A stretch of DNA of 63,658 nucleotides, the filler included, from Octopus bimaculoides (lineage: Eukaryota), in assembly GCF_001194135.2 (NCBI RefSeq). It is 7 parts of 7 records of this genome, joined end to end, with 100 filler letters (N's around TTAATTAATTAA, not from the genome) between each part and the next. Parts side by side here need not be neighbours in the genome. Positions count along the whole stretch, not along the records: positions 43,235 to 52,199 come from NC_068987.1; positions 52,300 to 57,664 come from NW_026330869.1; positions 57,765 to 61,390 come from NW_026338449.1; positions 61,491 to 63,658 come from NC_068983.1; 3 more parts are not named here. One strand, written 5' to 3'. How positions within the stretch are numbered: position 1 is the stretch's first letter; the number at the start of each line of letters is the position of its first letter. The position numbers and the translations under genes were made by a program. Shown piece after piece: positions 51,876 to 63,617 of this stretch. Under the pieces are notes generated by a model. It was given only the letters and a program-made list of their open reading frames with translations. It made no database searches and had not been told where the DNA came from.

Positions 51876-52125
51876 TTGCTGATGAGAGCAGGGGATAACC
51901 CCCTATCTTTTACCCTCATAGCCAACAGGTCATGTGCCTGAAGAAGAATAACACAGCCGAAGCTGATGACTAGCACCAAAGGGATATATTTATATCATTC
52001 CCCCTCCATATTCTAAAAAGGCCATAGGCCAACAGATCTTAGGGTCTGAAGATATGCCATAAAAGTACCCTTTATGGCGAGAAACCCAGAGTAACCCTAT
52101 AAACTAATCTTCACCAGTAATTAAT
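51613..52125 (+). repeat. 3' pseudo-LTR of the Penelope-like element
   Basis: Overlaps the ORF end and extends to TTCACCAGTAATTAAT. Inverted partner at 48393-48960. Confidence 0.88.
52040..52099 (+). ncRNA. Candidate minimal type I hammerhead ribozyme (3' pLTR copy)
   Basis: Stem I TAGGGT/ACCCTA. Core CTGAAGA (52046-52052). Stem II GCCATAAA/TTTATGGC. GAAA (52081-52084). Short stem III A-C..G-T with a 5-nt loop. Cleavage triplet GTA ending at 52093. Confidence 0.65.
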
Positions 52126-52149
52126 CTATATATATAAAAATGAGAATGT

Positions 52150-52199
<50 letters not shown>

Positions 52200-52324
52200 N
52201 NNNNNNNNNNNNNNNNNNNNNNNNNNNNNNNNNNNNNNNNNNNTTAATTAATTAANNNNNNNNNNNNNNNNNNNNNNNNNNNNNNNNNNNNNNNNNNNNA
52301 TATATATAGATACATATGTGTATA

Positions 52325-52680
52325 TATCATCATCATCATCATTTAGTGTCCGTTGTCCATGCTGGAATGGGTTGGACAGTTTGACCAGGTTTTGTAAGCT
52401 GGAAGCCTGCACCAGATTCCAGTCTGATTTGGCATGGTTTCTATGNNNNNNNNNNGCTGGAAGCCTGCACCAGATTCCAGTCTGATTTGGCATGGTTTCT
52501 ATGGCTGGCTGCTCTTCCTAACACCAACCACTATGAGAGGGTAATGGGTGGTTTTACATGCTCCTGGCATGGGTGCCAGATTTATGACACCTGTATCTGC
52601 CACAACTGCGATTGTGATTTTGCTTGATGGGTCTTCTTCTCAAGCACAACACAATGGCCATGATCTCGGTCATATATATA
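52325..52680 (-). mobile_element. RTE-type LINE 3' end or derivative with (GAT)n tail
   Basis: (CAT)n followed by TTTAGTGTCCGTTGTCCATGCTGG...GGTTGGACAG and GCTCTTCCTAACACCAACCAC, homologous to 55130-55290. Confidence 0.6.
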
Positions 52681-53079
52681 TATATATATNNNNNNNNNNN
52701 NNNNNNNNNNNNNNNNNNNNNNNNNNNNNNNNNNNNNNNNNNNNNNNAACAGAGAGGGTTGCAAAAACCCTTACATGTTTAGAAATAGCAGTCAAAAGCC
52801 GTTATAAAGCCATTATTGTTACTCATATTAAATCTCCTCACAATACAGCTATCTGCAAGTGACATGACATATACAATCCACAANNNNNNNNNNTCCTCAC
52901 AATACAGCTATCTGCAAGTGACATGACATATACAATCCACAATTTAAAAATAAAAGGTTAATTCTCAATTGCAATTATAATTGTGGTTTATTCATAATTA
53001 TAAACACTCTTCTTTTGTAATTTATGATTAAATGTTTGGCCATTGATATATTCATAAATATTTATTAACTGTTTATGAT

Positions 53080-53485
53080 GTTGTTGTTGGCACTCCATCA
53101 CTTACAACATTGATGGTTCCTGTTGATCCGATCAATGGAACAGCCTGCTCATGAAATTAACGTGNNNNNNNNNNNNNNNNNNNNNNNNNNNNNNNNNNNN
53201 NNNNNNNNNNNNNNNNNNNNNNNNNNNNNNNNNNNNNNNNNNNNNNNNNNNNNNNNNNNNNNNNNNNNNNNNNNNNNNNNNNNNNNNNNNNNNNNNNNNN
53301 NNNNNNNNNNNNNNNNNNNNNNNNNNNNNNNNNNNNNNNNNNNNNNNNNNNNNNNNNNNNNNNNNNNNNNNNNNNNNNNNNNNNNNNNNNNNNNNNNNNN
53401 NNNNNNNNNNNNNNNNNNNNNNNNNNNNNNNNNNNNNNNTGACTGCGAGTCCGCTGCCCTAACCACTGGGCCATTGTGCCTCCAC
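53080..53485 (-). mobile_element. SINE family B, gapped and CpG-decayed
   Basis: Tail at 53080-53164. Head GGAGGCACAATGGCCCAGTGGTTAGGGCAGCGGACTCGC on the minus strand. Confidence 0.8.
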
Positions 53486-54214
53486 AACTGTTTATGATAT
53501 ATCCTCTGTAATATATTACATTCCTTTTTAATTATTTAATTTTCTCACTCATATCCAGTATTTTGCTGTGGCTCGAATTACAGGTCTTTTCTCAGAAATG
53601 TTGTGCATGACACTGGAATTAATTCAGAATTTGAATATGTAGGTAGAGGTTGGCACATTATTCTTGTAGATAGAGGCTGGCACCTTATTCCTATCTATAG
53701 GAATATTCTCTTGATGAGAGGAATGAGACTGTTATACTATTTTATATCTGTTATTTTACGATATGGTATATAATATAGTATAACAGGTTCCTAACCTCGA
53801 AATTGCAATAGAGACTTAACTTTTTATTTTTAAATTGTGGATTTTATATGTCATGTCACTTGCAGACAGCTTTATTTTGAGGAGATATAATATGAGTGAT
53901 AATAGTGGCTTTATAGTGGTTTTTGGCTGCTATTTCTAAATATGTAAGGGTTTTTGCNNNNNNNNNNCTTTATAGTGGTTTTTGGCTGCTATTTCTAAAT
54001 ATGTAAGGGTTTTTGCAACCCTCTCTGTTTTAATTGTGATTCATCCATAATTAAAAACTCTCTTGTTTAATGTAATTTATGATGACATGTTTGGCCNNNN
54101 NNNNNNGATATAAATATTCATGAACAATTATTAATTGTTTATGATATTTCCTTCATAATGTGTAATTATATTCTTTTTAAATTTATATATGAATATATAT
54201 ATATATAATAATTT

Positions 54215-54612
54215 GTTGTTGTTGGTACTCCGTCGCTTACGACGTCAAGGGTTCCAGTTGATNNNNNNNNNNNNNNNNNNNNNNNNNNNNNNNNNNNNNN
54301 NNNNNNNNNNNNNNNNNNNNNNNNNNNNNNNNNNNNNNNNNNNNNNNCTTAACGTAGTTCTCGGGGATATTCAGTGTGACACAGTGTGACAAGGCCGGCC
54401 CTTTGAATTACTAGCACAACAGAAACAGGAAGTAAGAGTGAGAGAAAGTTGTGGNNNNNNNNNNNNNNNNNNNNNNNNNNNNNNNNNNNNNNNNNNNNNN
54501 NNNNNNNNNNNNNNNNNCTCAATAAACACTCACAACACCCGGTCTGGGGATCGAAACCGCAATCCTATGACCGCGAGTTCGCTGCCCAAACCACTGGGCC
54601 ATTGCGCTTCCA
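54215..54612 (-). mobile_element. SINE family B, gapped
   Basis: Visible segments match family B between the N runs. Confidence 0.82.
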
Positions 54613-55129
54613 CATATATAATAATACAAATGATATATGAGCATATGCATGTATACATACATNNNNNNNNNNNNNNNNNNNNNNNNNNNNNNNNNNNNNN
54701 NNNNNNNNNNNNNNNNNNNNNNNNNNNNNNNNNNNNNNNNNNNNNNNNNNNNNNNNNNNNNNNNNNNNNNNNNNNNNNNNNNNNNNNNNNNNNNNNNNNN
54801 NNNNNNNNNNNNNNNNNNNNTCATCAGCTGCCTCTATTCTAAACTAGGCGTTTCGAAGATGAGGCAGTGTCTGGGGAGTGTCATTCTCTTTTAGTGTCTT
54901 ATCATTTAACACACTAACTGGTAAAAATTACCACTCATTTCTAAAAATAAAAAAAGAAATAAGTGAAAATTTTACTGGTGAGTGTGTTAAATTATAAGGN
55001 NNNNNNNNNTGGTGAGTGTGTTAAATTATAAGGCACTAAAAGAGAATGACTCTCTCCAGGCACAACAGAATATGCTTCAACATACGAACTTACATAAAGA
55101 ATCCTGCAAATCAAAGCCAAAAACGAAAT

Positions 55130-56410
55130 CATCATCATCATCATCATCGTTTAACATCCGCTTTCCATGCTAGCNNNNNNNNNNNNNNNNNNNNNNNNNN
55201 NNNNNNNNNNNNNNNNNNNNNNNNNNNNNNNNNNNNNNNNNNNNNNNNNNNNNNNNNGATGCCCTTCCTAATGCCAACCACTCTGAGAGTGTAGTAGGTA
55301 CTTTTACATGCAACAGGCATGAGAGCCAGTCACGTGGTACTGGCAACAGCTACGCTCAAAATTTTTTTTTTTATGTGCCACCTGCACAGGAGCCAGTTCA
55401 GCGGCATTGGCAATGACCTCGCTCGAATGATTTTCTAACGTGCCACTGGCACAAGTGNNNNNNNNNNCTCGCTCGAATGATTTTCTAACGTGCCACTGGC
55501 ACAAGTGCCAGTAAGGCGACAGTGGTAGCGATCATGCTCAAATGGTGCTATTTACGTGCCATTAGCATGGAAGCCAGATAGCTGCTCTGGCAATGATCAT
55601 GCTCGGATGGTGCTGTTAGTGCTCCACTGNNNNNNNNNNNNNNNNNNNNNNNNNNNNNNNNNNNNNNNNNNNNNNNNNNNNNNNNNNNNNNNNNNNNNNN
55701 NNNNNNNNNNNNNNNNNNNNNNNNNNNNNNNNNNTTTAGTGTCCAATGAAGGAGAAGTTGGCATGGGTGCCAGTCATCGGATTCGGTTCGATTTCGGTTT
55801 CAAATTTCAAATTCCAAATTCCAATTTCACTTGCCTCAACAGGTCTTCGCAAGCAGAGTTTAGTGTCCAATNNNNNNNNNNCTTGCCTCAACAGGTCTTC
55901 GCAAGCAGAGTTTAGTGTCCAATGAAGTAATGATATGGATAAGTGAGCTGGCTGCACTTCTGGCAGAGGCCACAGATTATGCTCTCACNNNNNNNNNNNN
56001 NNNNNNNNNNNNNNNNNNNNNNNNNNNNNNNNNNNNNNNNNNNNNNNNNNNNNNNNNNNNNNNNNNNNNNNNNNNNNNNNNNNNNNNNNNNNNNNNNNNN
56101 NNNNNNNNNNNNNNNNNNNNNNNNNNNNNNNNNNNNNNNNNNNNNNNNNNNNNNNNNNNNNNNNNNNNNNNNNNNNNNNNNNNNNNNNNNNNNNNNNNNN
56201 NNNNNNNNNNNNNNNNNNNNNNNNNNNNNNNNNNNNNNNNNGATGCTTCTTAGGTCTAACTTTTCTCTCAAGGTGCTTACACTCTCTCGAGTATTCACAC
56301 AGACATTACACATCCATCGGAGCATACTGGCTTTGTTTCTTGTGAGATTACGCATGTTCTCAGCAGTCACGGCCCATGTTTCACTGCTATGTAGCATGGC
56401 GGTTTGTACA
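55130..56410 (-). mobile_element. 5'-truncated RTE LINE: RT C-terminus, 3' UTR and (GAT)n tail
   Basis: MLHSSETWAVTAENMRNLTRNKASMLRWMCNVCV...LREKLDLRSI matches the RTE (LYGSETW...MLRWM) region. The UTR carries a tandem repeat of about 62 bp. Tail is (CAT)n on the + strand. Confidence 0.8.
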
Positions 56411-56686
56411 CATGCGTCATAGAGTCTACCTTTTACTCTGAGCGAGAGGCCTTTGTCACCAGCAGAGGTAGGNNNNNNNNNNNCTTTGCCCAGGCTATTC
56501 TTATTCTAGCAGCTACACTTTCAGCGCACCCTGTCCTGCTACTAACTTGGTCACTTAAAGGAATAAAAGGTATGCTAACGTTACTTCATAATAATCTGTA
56601 GAGAATGACCCTGCGAACCAAAGGAGATGGCGACTAAGGGGAGAGGCTCCTTTTAACGCGTTGCACGGTCGACACAAGACATGTAA

Positions 56687-57593
56687 TGTAACATAAGAGG
56701 GCTCGCATGTGAGATGTGAGCAAGTGCCAGCAAGGAAAGAGAGAGAGACAACCGTTAGATATATATAGAGAGTAAGTTTATTAGGGTAGTCAACTGTNNN
56801 NNNNNNNNNNNNNNNNNNNNNNNNNNNNNNNNNNNNNNNNNNNNNNNNNNNNNNNNNNNNNNNNNNNNNNNNNNNNNNNNNNNNNNNNNNNNNNNNNNNN
56901 NNNNNNNNNNNNNNNNNNNNNNNNNNNNNNNNNNNNNNNNNNNNNNNNNNNNNNNNNNNNNNNNNNNNNNNNNNNNNNNNNAAGAAAGTACCAGTTCATA
57001 GAAGAGTTACACAGTAGGTAGAATGTCTGTATACAAGAGGTCATGGCTGAATAGCAGAGGTGAAGTATCACATGTTGTAAGTGAAGTTGAGCTCCGATGC
57101 TGTGACCGGTTACTTGGTACAGAAGATTCTCGCATGGTTGTTCTGGCTGTTATTTTCATGGTAGAAACAATCCACACAAACAGTGTTGAGAAGGAACGTG
57201 GTTGTTGTTGGTGCTGGCTCCGGGACTGTAGAAGACAGTAGAATGGTGGTGTTGACGTTGTCGCTGGAAAGTGGCTGGAGCTGTGTTCTGTGTGGTCTAT
57301 GACCAGAGCTGCAAAGGTCTGAGGTTGCAACAAACTGGCGTGGATAAAACAGAGCTATTTATAGGTAAAAAGGGGCTCCAGAAACACACTCTCTCATGTG
57401 ACNNNNNNNNNNAACAGAAGGCCACAATTGGTTGATGTTCACCCTGGCACGAAACAGAACTGGAGACAAATGCCATGCAAATAAGAGCCAATCAGGGTGA
57501 CAGACACAGCAGGGTCCAAGGCGGCTGAAGGCTAGATGTTAGCTGCTTCGTTCGCATTCGTAAATAAATACCCGAGAGAGAGGTTTCACTACA
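56687..57593 (-). mobile_element. Possible solo LTR
   Basis: Minus strand starts TGTAGTG and ends TGTTACA. TATAAATAG at about 57360 and AATAAA at about 56780. No matching TSD found. Confidence 0.35.
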
Positions 57594-58230
57594 AATCCTA
57601 TTATATATATATGTATATATGTATATATACAATTGCAGCGTGGAAGGTGTTTATAAGCCATTTANNNNNNNNNNNNNNNNNNNNNNNNNNNNNNNNNNNN
57701 NNNNNNNNTTAATTAATTAANNNNNNNNNNNNNNNNNNNNNNNNNNNNNNNNNNNNNNNNNNNNTATATATATATATATATATGCATGTTCGTATGTGTA
57801 CATACATTGTTTTCATACATTTATTAGACTTTGATGTTGAAATATAATTATAGGTTCACAATAATATTTCGTCCGCTGATTTTCAGTTATCGATCATTTC
57901 ACATCATTGGTGCAAGAAAAATCTTTATGGAAACTGACCATGTCACATGACAAGGCAACGTCTGCAATAGAGATTCTCACTCTGTGGACCGTCGCTACAG
58001 AGAGATATCTTGGCCAGGTGTCTCCCTCTATAGTCTTGTATCGACCAATACTTTGCTATTGAATTTGGTAGACGGAAATAGGAGGAGAGGAAAAAAAAAT
58101 GATTTGGGATGAAAAGTGGTTAAGGGCGTTAGGGGGCCAGATGGCGGAAGTGAAGAAGAGGTGGGGCGGGGATACATGTGTAGACAAACGCATTCCTGTA
58201 TTGAGATGGGTATGAGGGAGAGGTGTGCTT

Positions 58231-58616
58231 TTTTTTTACTTCTTTCAGTCATTTGACTGCGGCCATGCTGGGGCACCGCCTCGAAGAATTTTTAGTCGAA
58301 TGAATCAACCTCAATACTCTTTAAACCTAACACTTATTCTATCGGTGTTTTTGGGCGAGTTACTAAGTTACAGGGATGTAAAGACATCAACATTGGTTGC
58401 CAAGTGGTAGTGGATGACAAACAGACACACAGGCACACATACATAGATATACCGCTGGCTTCTTTCAGTTTCTGTTTGCCAAATCCATTCACAAGGATTT
58501 GGTCGGCCCTAGGCTGTATTAGGAGACACATTCCCAAGTTGCCACGCAGTGGGACTGAACGCGGAACCATGTGCTTAGGAAGTAAACTTCTTACCACACA
58601 CCCACGCCTACGCCTG
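58231..58616 (-). mobile_element. SINE family A
   Basis: Reverse complement of the family A consensus, from head to T-rich tail. Confidence 0.82.
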
Positions 58617-59934
58617 TATGTAGAGGTATGTAAGTGCGTAAGTATAAAGTTATATCGCGTGGGATAGTAAGGGTGTGCATGGCTTTTGTGCAGGGGTAAT
58701 CGTATTGTATGTGAGGATAGTGTGGTAGGGTAGAGGTTGTAACGGACGCGTGTGTGAGGTGAAAGGTAAGGCAAGAGGAATGTGGATGGTGTTGTAGAAT
58801 TCTGTGCAATGGTTTGTGCGTGTAATATTGCTGGTAGACAAGATAGAGAAGAAAAGAGAAACATGGAGAAAGAAAAGTTATAATACAACACTAGTGCAAA
58901 AAGGCATGATAGTAAGGCATGATAAGGGGTAAGATAAAGGCGACAGAATTGTGTGCAAGTGTCGGAATTTAAAGCGTTAAGAATATGAACAGAAAGGGAG
59001 AAAGAAATGGAAAACAGAATTTGATAAAAACAAATAGAGATGCGAGTTCAGAGAAAGAGAGAGATAGAGAGAAAGGAAGAGATAGAGAGAGAGGGGGGAG
59101 GGAGAGGGAGGGAGAGAGAAATCAAGATAAAGAAAAATAAGTTACAATAAAAATTTGCTACAAATATATAAAAAAAATATATGGCACTGGTGAAAAGTCT
59201 GTGGAGGTTACATAACTGCTGTAAAATCTAGGAGGAAAGAAGCTAATAAGCAAAATGCCAGTGAAGTTGTAAGCATATCTAGCGTGTCTATAATAGAGGA
59301 GATTGATAAAAAAGGGTAAAGAAGTGTTTTCAAACAAATTTTACTCGATCGGCGAGAGTTAAAGGAAAGAAGTACAAAGATGTTAAAGTGATAAAATCCA
59401 GTGGTAAATTCCAGTAATGAATTTTGCCCGGTGTGGGGGAAATAGCGAAAGAAATTAGAGGCGAAAAACGCGATCTGGTAAAGTAAGGTAGTGTCGCATG
59501 CTGAAAGAAAATGATGAAAAGAGGAAGAAAGTGGTCTCTTTTGACAGGAGAGTTACGCAAAATGGAGTCAACGAGATGAGAAAAATAACTACATGGTGTC
59601 TGTGCATGTGACGTCGGTGGTAAGGAACTTTTTCTACACGGCTTGTTTATACACCTTTTCATTTTCCTTTCCAATATCCCATATTGGTCTGCCCTGCGCC
59701 GCACGGCCTTATTTCGTTATACATGTATAATTATTTTATTTTATGAGTCTGTTTTTGTCATTGCCTTGCAAATTCGTTAGCCGGCGTCACCCAAAGGGAA
59801 TATCATCGTTAAAGGCCCGAAATTGTTACGATCTTTTGGACGATCACTGATGAGGCATTAGCTACGAATTTTCTGTTTGCTGTGTTTTTGTTAAATTTTT
59901 TTATATACATCTATGTGTGTGTGTGTGTGTGTGT

Positions 59935-60090
59935 ATGATGTGTTTACGTCTCCGTAAGCTAGCGAATCGGCGAAAGACACCGACAGAATAAGTACTAGGC
60001 TTACAAAGAATAAGTCCTGGGGGTCGATTTGTTCGACTAAAAGCAGTGCTCCAGCATGGCCACAGTCAAATGACTGAAACAAATGAAAGA
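59935..60090 (+). mobile_element. SINE family A, 3' fragment
   Basis: GTGTTTACGTCTCCGTAA...AGAATAAGTACTAGGCTTACAAAGAATAAGTCCTGGGG...CAGCATGGCCACAGTCAAATGACTGAAAC. Confidence 0.82.
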
Positions 60091-60596
60091 ATATCAGAAT
60101 AAAAGAATACATACACACACATACATATACACATACATACACACATACATACACACACACACATATACATACACACATATACATACATCTGTGTCCATAA
60201 AAACAGATACTTATATTTACACAGTGTATGTGTGATTTAGGCATTGGTGTGGGTGAATGTGTAAGAATTAACAGATAGGGGAGTTGAGACAATCATAGAC
60301 AGATAGATAGACAGATATAGAAAAAGAGAGAGAGACAGAATGAGTGAGTGAGAGAGGGAGAGAGAGAGAGAGAGAGAGAGAGAAAACTAGAAAGGAAGAG
60401 AGAGACGGAGAAAGACAATTGGGGAGTGCTACATGAAGAGATATATAGATACTTTTAGAGGGGGGCGTTGACTGGCACTGATGGTTGCTATAAAGATGGC
60501 CGATATCTGGTTGATAGAGGGCGCTGTGGTATGGTAGAGGTGTTAGTGGAAGTGTATCTCCTGGCCAGGCGGGTGGCGTGGTGTGTGAGCGGTAAT

Positions 60597-60615
60597 TTGC
60601 CTGTAGGTGGCGCTA
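60597..60615 (+). promoter_or_regulatory. CTCF-like motif
   Basis: TTGCCTGTAGGTGGCGCTA has one mismatch to the core CCASYAGRKGGCRS. Confidence 0.4.
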
Positions 60616-60883
60616 GGAATGTGTGTGTGTTTGATGATTATTCCGGCGCGCTGATGAGTTCATATGTAGCAGGTACATACTACTACTACTACTACTACTA
60701 TTGTAGTAATAATAATTATGATAATGATGATGTTGATTATGATTATGATGATGATGGTGAAAATGATCATGGTTATAATAGTGACGATGATGATAATGAT
60801 GATGAATACGATGATGATGATAATGACGACTATTTTTTATTAACCACCAAGGGTTTGCTAGCAAATCAAGGACAATACAGGGC

Positions 60884-60925
<42 letters not shown>

Positions 60926-60946
60926 AACAACAACAGCATAATAATG

Positions 60947-60989
<43 letters not shown>

Positions 60990-61355
60990 CAACAACAACA
61001 ACAACGTAATAATAATAATGATAATAATAATAATAATGATTTCATTTATTTGCCACGAGTATGATGATGATGATGATGATGATAATAACAACACGATGAT
61101 AATCAGAATAGCATAATAGTTCTGGTTGTTGTTGTTGTAATAATATTAGTAATAGCAGTAGTTGTAGTACTAATAGCAGTAGTTGTTGTTATTGTAAGCA
61201 GCGAGGATTATCATCAGTGGATGTGCTGACATCTAGCGGCGAAGTAGAATTATTCAATTTATCAATTAAGTAGCGTTTGTCAGCATCACCTGAGTGTATC
61301 GCTCTGAATGGCAGCTTATTGGCATAACATCAGGCTGGATGCGAGGGCTCACTGT

Positions 61356-61390
<35 letters not shown>

Positions 61391-61490
61391 NNNNNNNNNN
61401 NNNNNNNNNNNNNNNNNNNNNNNNNNNNNNNNNNTTAATTAATTAANNNNNNNNNNNNNNNNNNNNNNNNNNNNNNNNNNNNNNNNNNNN

Positions 61491-61521
<31 letters not shown>

Positions 61522-62228
61522 GTGTGTGTGTGTATGTGTGCGTGCGTGTTTGTGTGTGTGTGTATGGGTGTTTGTCTGTATCCCTATATAACAAACAGCT
61601 TGTTGTTGATGGCACGACGTTGTTTTGCCTAATCTCCTTTCCTAATGATTTTCATACTTCGTTGTGAACGTTATAATTTTTTTAGCTTGGATCAATAACC
61701 AGCTTTAGTCTGTTAACGTTTCCAGATCATCTGGGTGAGTTCTACCGAATGAATTAGTGATAATGTTATGTTGTTGCTGCGTTTCGTGCTAGCCAACAAT
61801 ATATCATGGGAATGAGGTTATAAGTGACAGAATCAACATCGCCGGGTGAAAAATTTATTTTTGAAATATGCCTGTGCATGTGTTGCTTTTTAAAAGTTTG
61901 TATTTTTCTATTAACAAACCTACATCTGTTCATCTCTTCTTTTCTGTGCACTGGATAGTAGTGATATCAATTAATATTTTCTTTTATCATTTGCTTTTCT
62001 GTGCACTGTGTTTCGTATGTAACGAAGTGCTATATGGGTTGTTCCTTATGCTCTGAATTCATGTTTCAACTATGCTGTGAGGTAAATTTGAGGGTGGAAT
62101 TATTAAAAAAAAGTTTTCATTAAGTCAGCTTGTTCTTCCGTATCTGTCAGAATAGGTGTCATTAACTTACTGAGTATCTCTGTGTGTATGTCGTATGTCT
62201 GTCTATGTGTGTGTGTATGTGTGTGTAC

Positions 62229-62261
<33 letters not shown>

Positions 62262-63617
62262 TGTGTGTGTGTGTGCGTGTGTGAGTTTGTATGTATATAC
62301 AAAAAGGAGTGCTCGACGTATGTTGCTGAGGATATTTCTTTACTAATTGAAACTGAAACTGTATGTTTGTCTCGCGGCTCCAGTCTTATGCCATTGCAAT
62401 CTCCAAGCGAGAATGTTTTGTCTGAAGATTGCACTGATGGTTCATTTACATTTAAGTATGAACTTGTTTCTCTGTTAGTCGTGTGGAACACTGCAAATAT
62501 AGCGACGAATATAGACACCGTTCTTGTAGATGTGTAGATTGCATTAAGAAGAACGGAAGTGAACTTTAGTTCTGCATATTAACAGGAACTTTCCAAAAAT
62601 GTTTTGCGGTACATTATGGGCTTCTATTCAGTTCTATTATTAAGAGATGAGGAATTATGTACATTATTTACATTATTTACATTTGACGGATATTTGTCCT
62701 CATCCTTCTTGTTGTTAACAAAACGTTTCAGCTGATATACTCTCTATATATATAAGGTAAATAGTGGGCTTCTATTGTGCATATGAACAACTTATCAAAT
62801 ATATTTATAGGTCCCATTAAAAAAGTGTTCGCAACTAGAATTTCTGTATTTATATTGGAATCGACAAATCTGTCAGTTTCTAGTAAAATTTCTTCAGACA
62901 ATTGTTTTAGTAATGTAGCCATAAGTTAGATAATGCAAACAGCCTTTGTAGGCTGCAGGCGTTATGTAATATTCTGTGGAAAGATTGTTAAGATGCCGGG
63001 TCACGTTTATGTTTTAAGTTCATACCCATTGAAAAATTCCTCGAAACTAAATGGAAGTCCCTTTGCATTCTATTTGGCTCAAAGGTCTGTTTTTGTTGCT
63101 AGAAACAAATTTCTCTCAAGCTATATTTTTTTACTGTACCGAACAAAAAAATTAAGGTGCACCAATTAATGTAGGCTTACATGTCAATAAAAAGTAGGGA
63201 CACGGTGGTGATGAATAGAAGAAGGAGTGAGGCATGTATAAGAGAGATGAATGAAACTCAGCTTTCAATTTCGAAGATGCAGTAGCCGCTGTAGTCACGA
63301 GAGTGAAGGAGAATGTTGCGTATTGATGGGTCACTTGGCTTTTGTGTGTTAGTGAGTTGAATGAAGGGTTGCTAATGAGAAAGCGAGAAATTATCTATAG
63401 TTTAGAAATAATTTTTGGCTCAGAAGAGAAAACCAAGCAAAGAGGGAGCGCTTTTGGTGAGATGAATTAACCACTGAATAAACTTTTAAACCACTCAATC
63501 ACTCAGACATTCTGACTAATATGAATCACCAATTCTCCCCTCTCTTTTTTCTCTTTCTCCCTCCTATCTTTCAAATAATATTAATATCTATCTATCTATA
63601 TGGATATATATACATAC

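Noticed and set aside
52391-55922. Exact 40-55 bp direct duplications flanking 9-10 N gaps (e.g. 52391/52456, 52835/52893, 53908/53968, 55419/55468, 55832/55882)
   Set aside because: Typical unmerged overlapping contig ends, so assembly artefacts rather than tandem repeats or CRISPR-like units.
59847-59870. CTGATGAG...CGAA hammerhead-like core (similar one at 5008)
   Set aside because: GAA is followed by T rather than A, and there is no stem I or III pairing.
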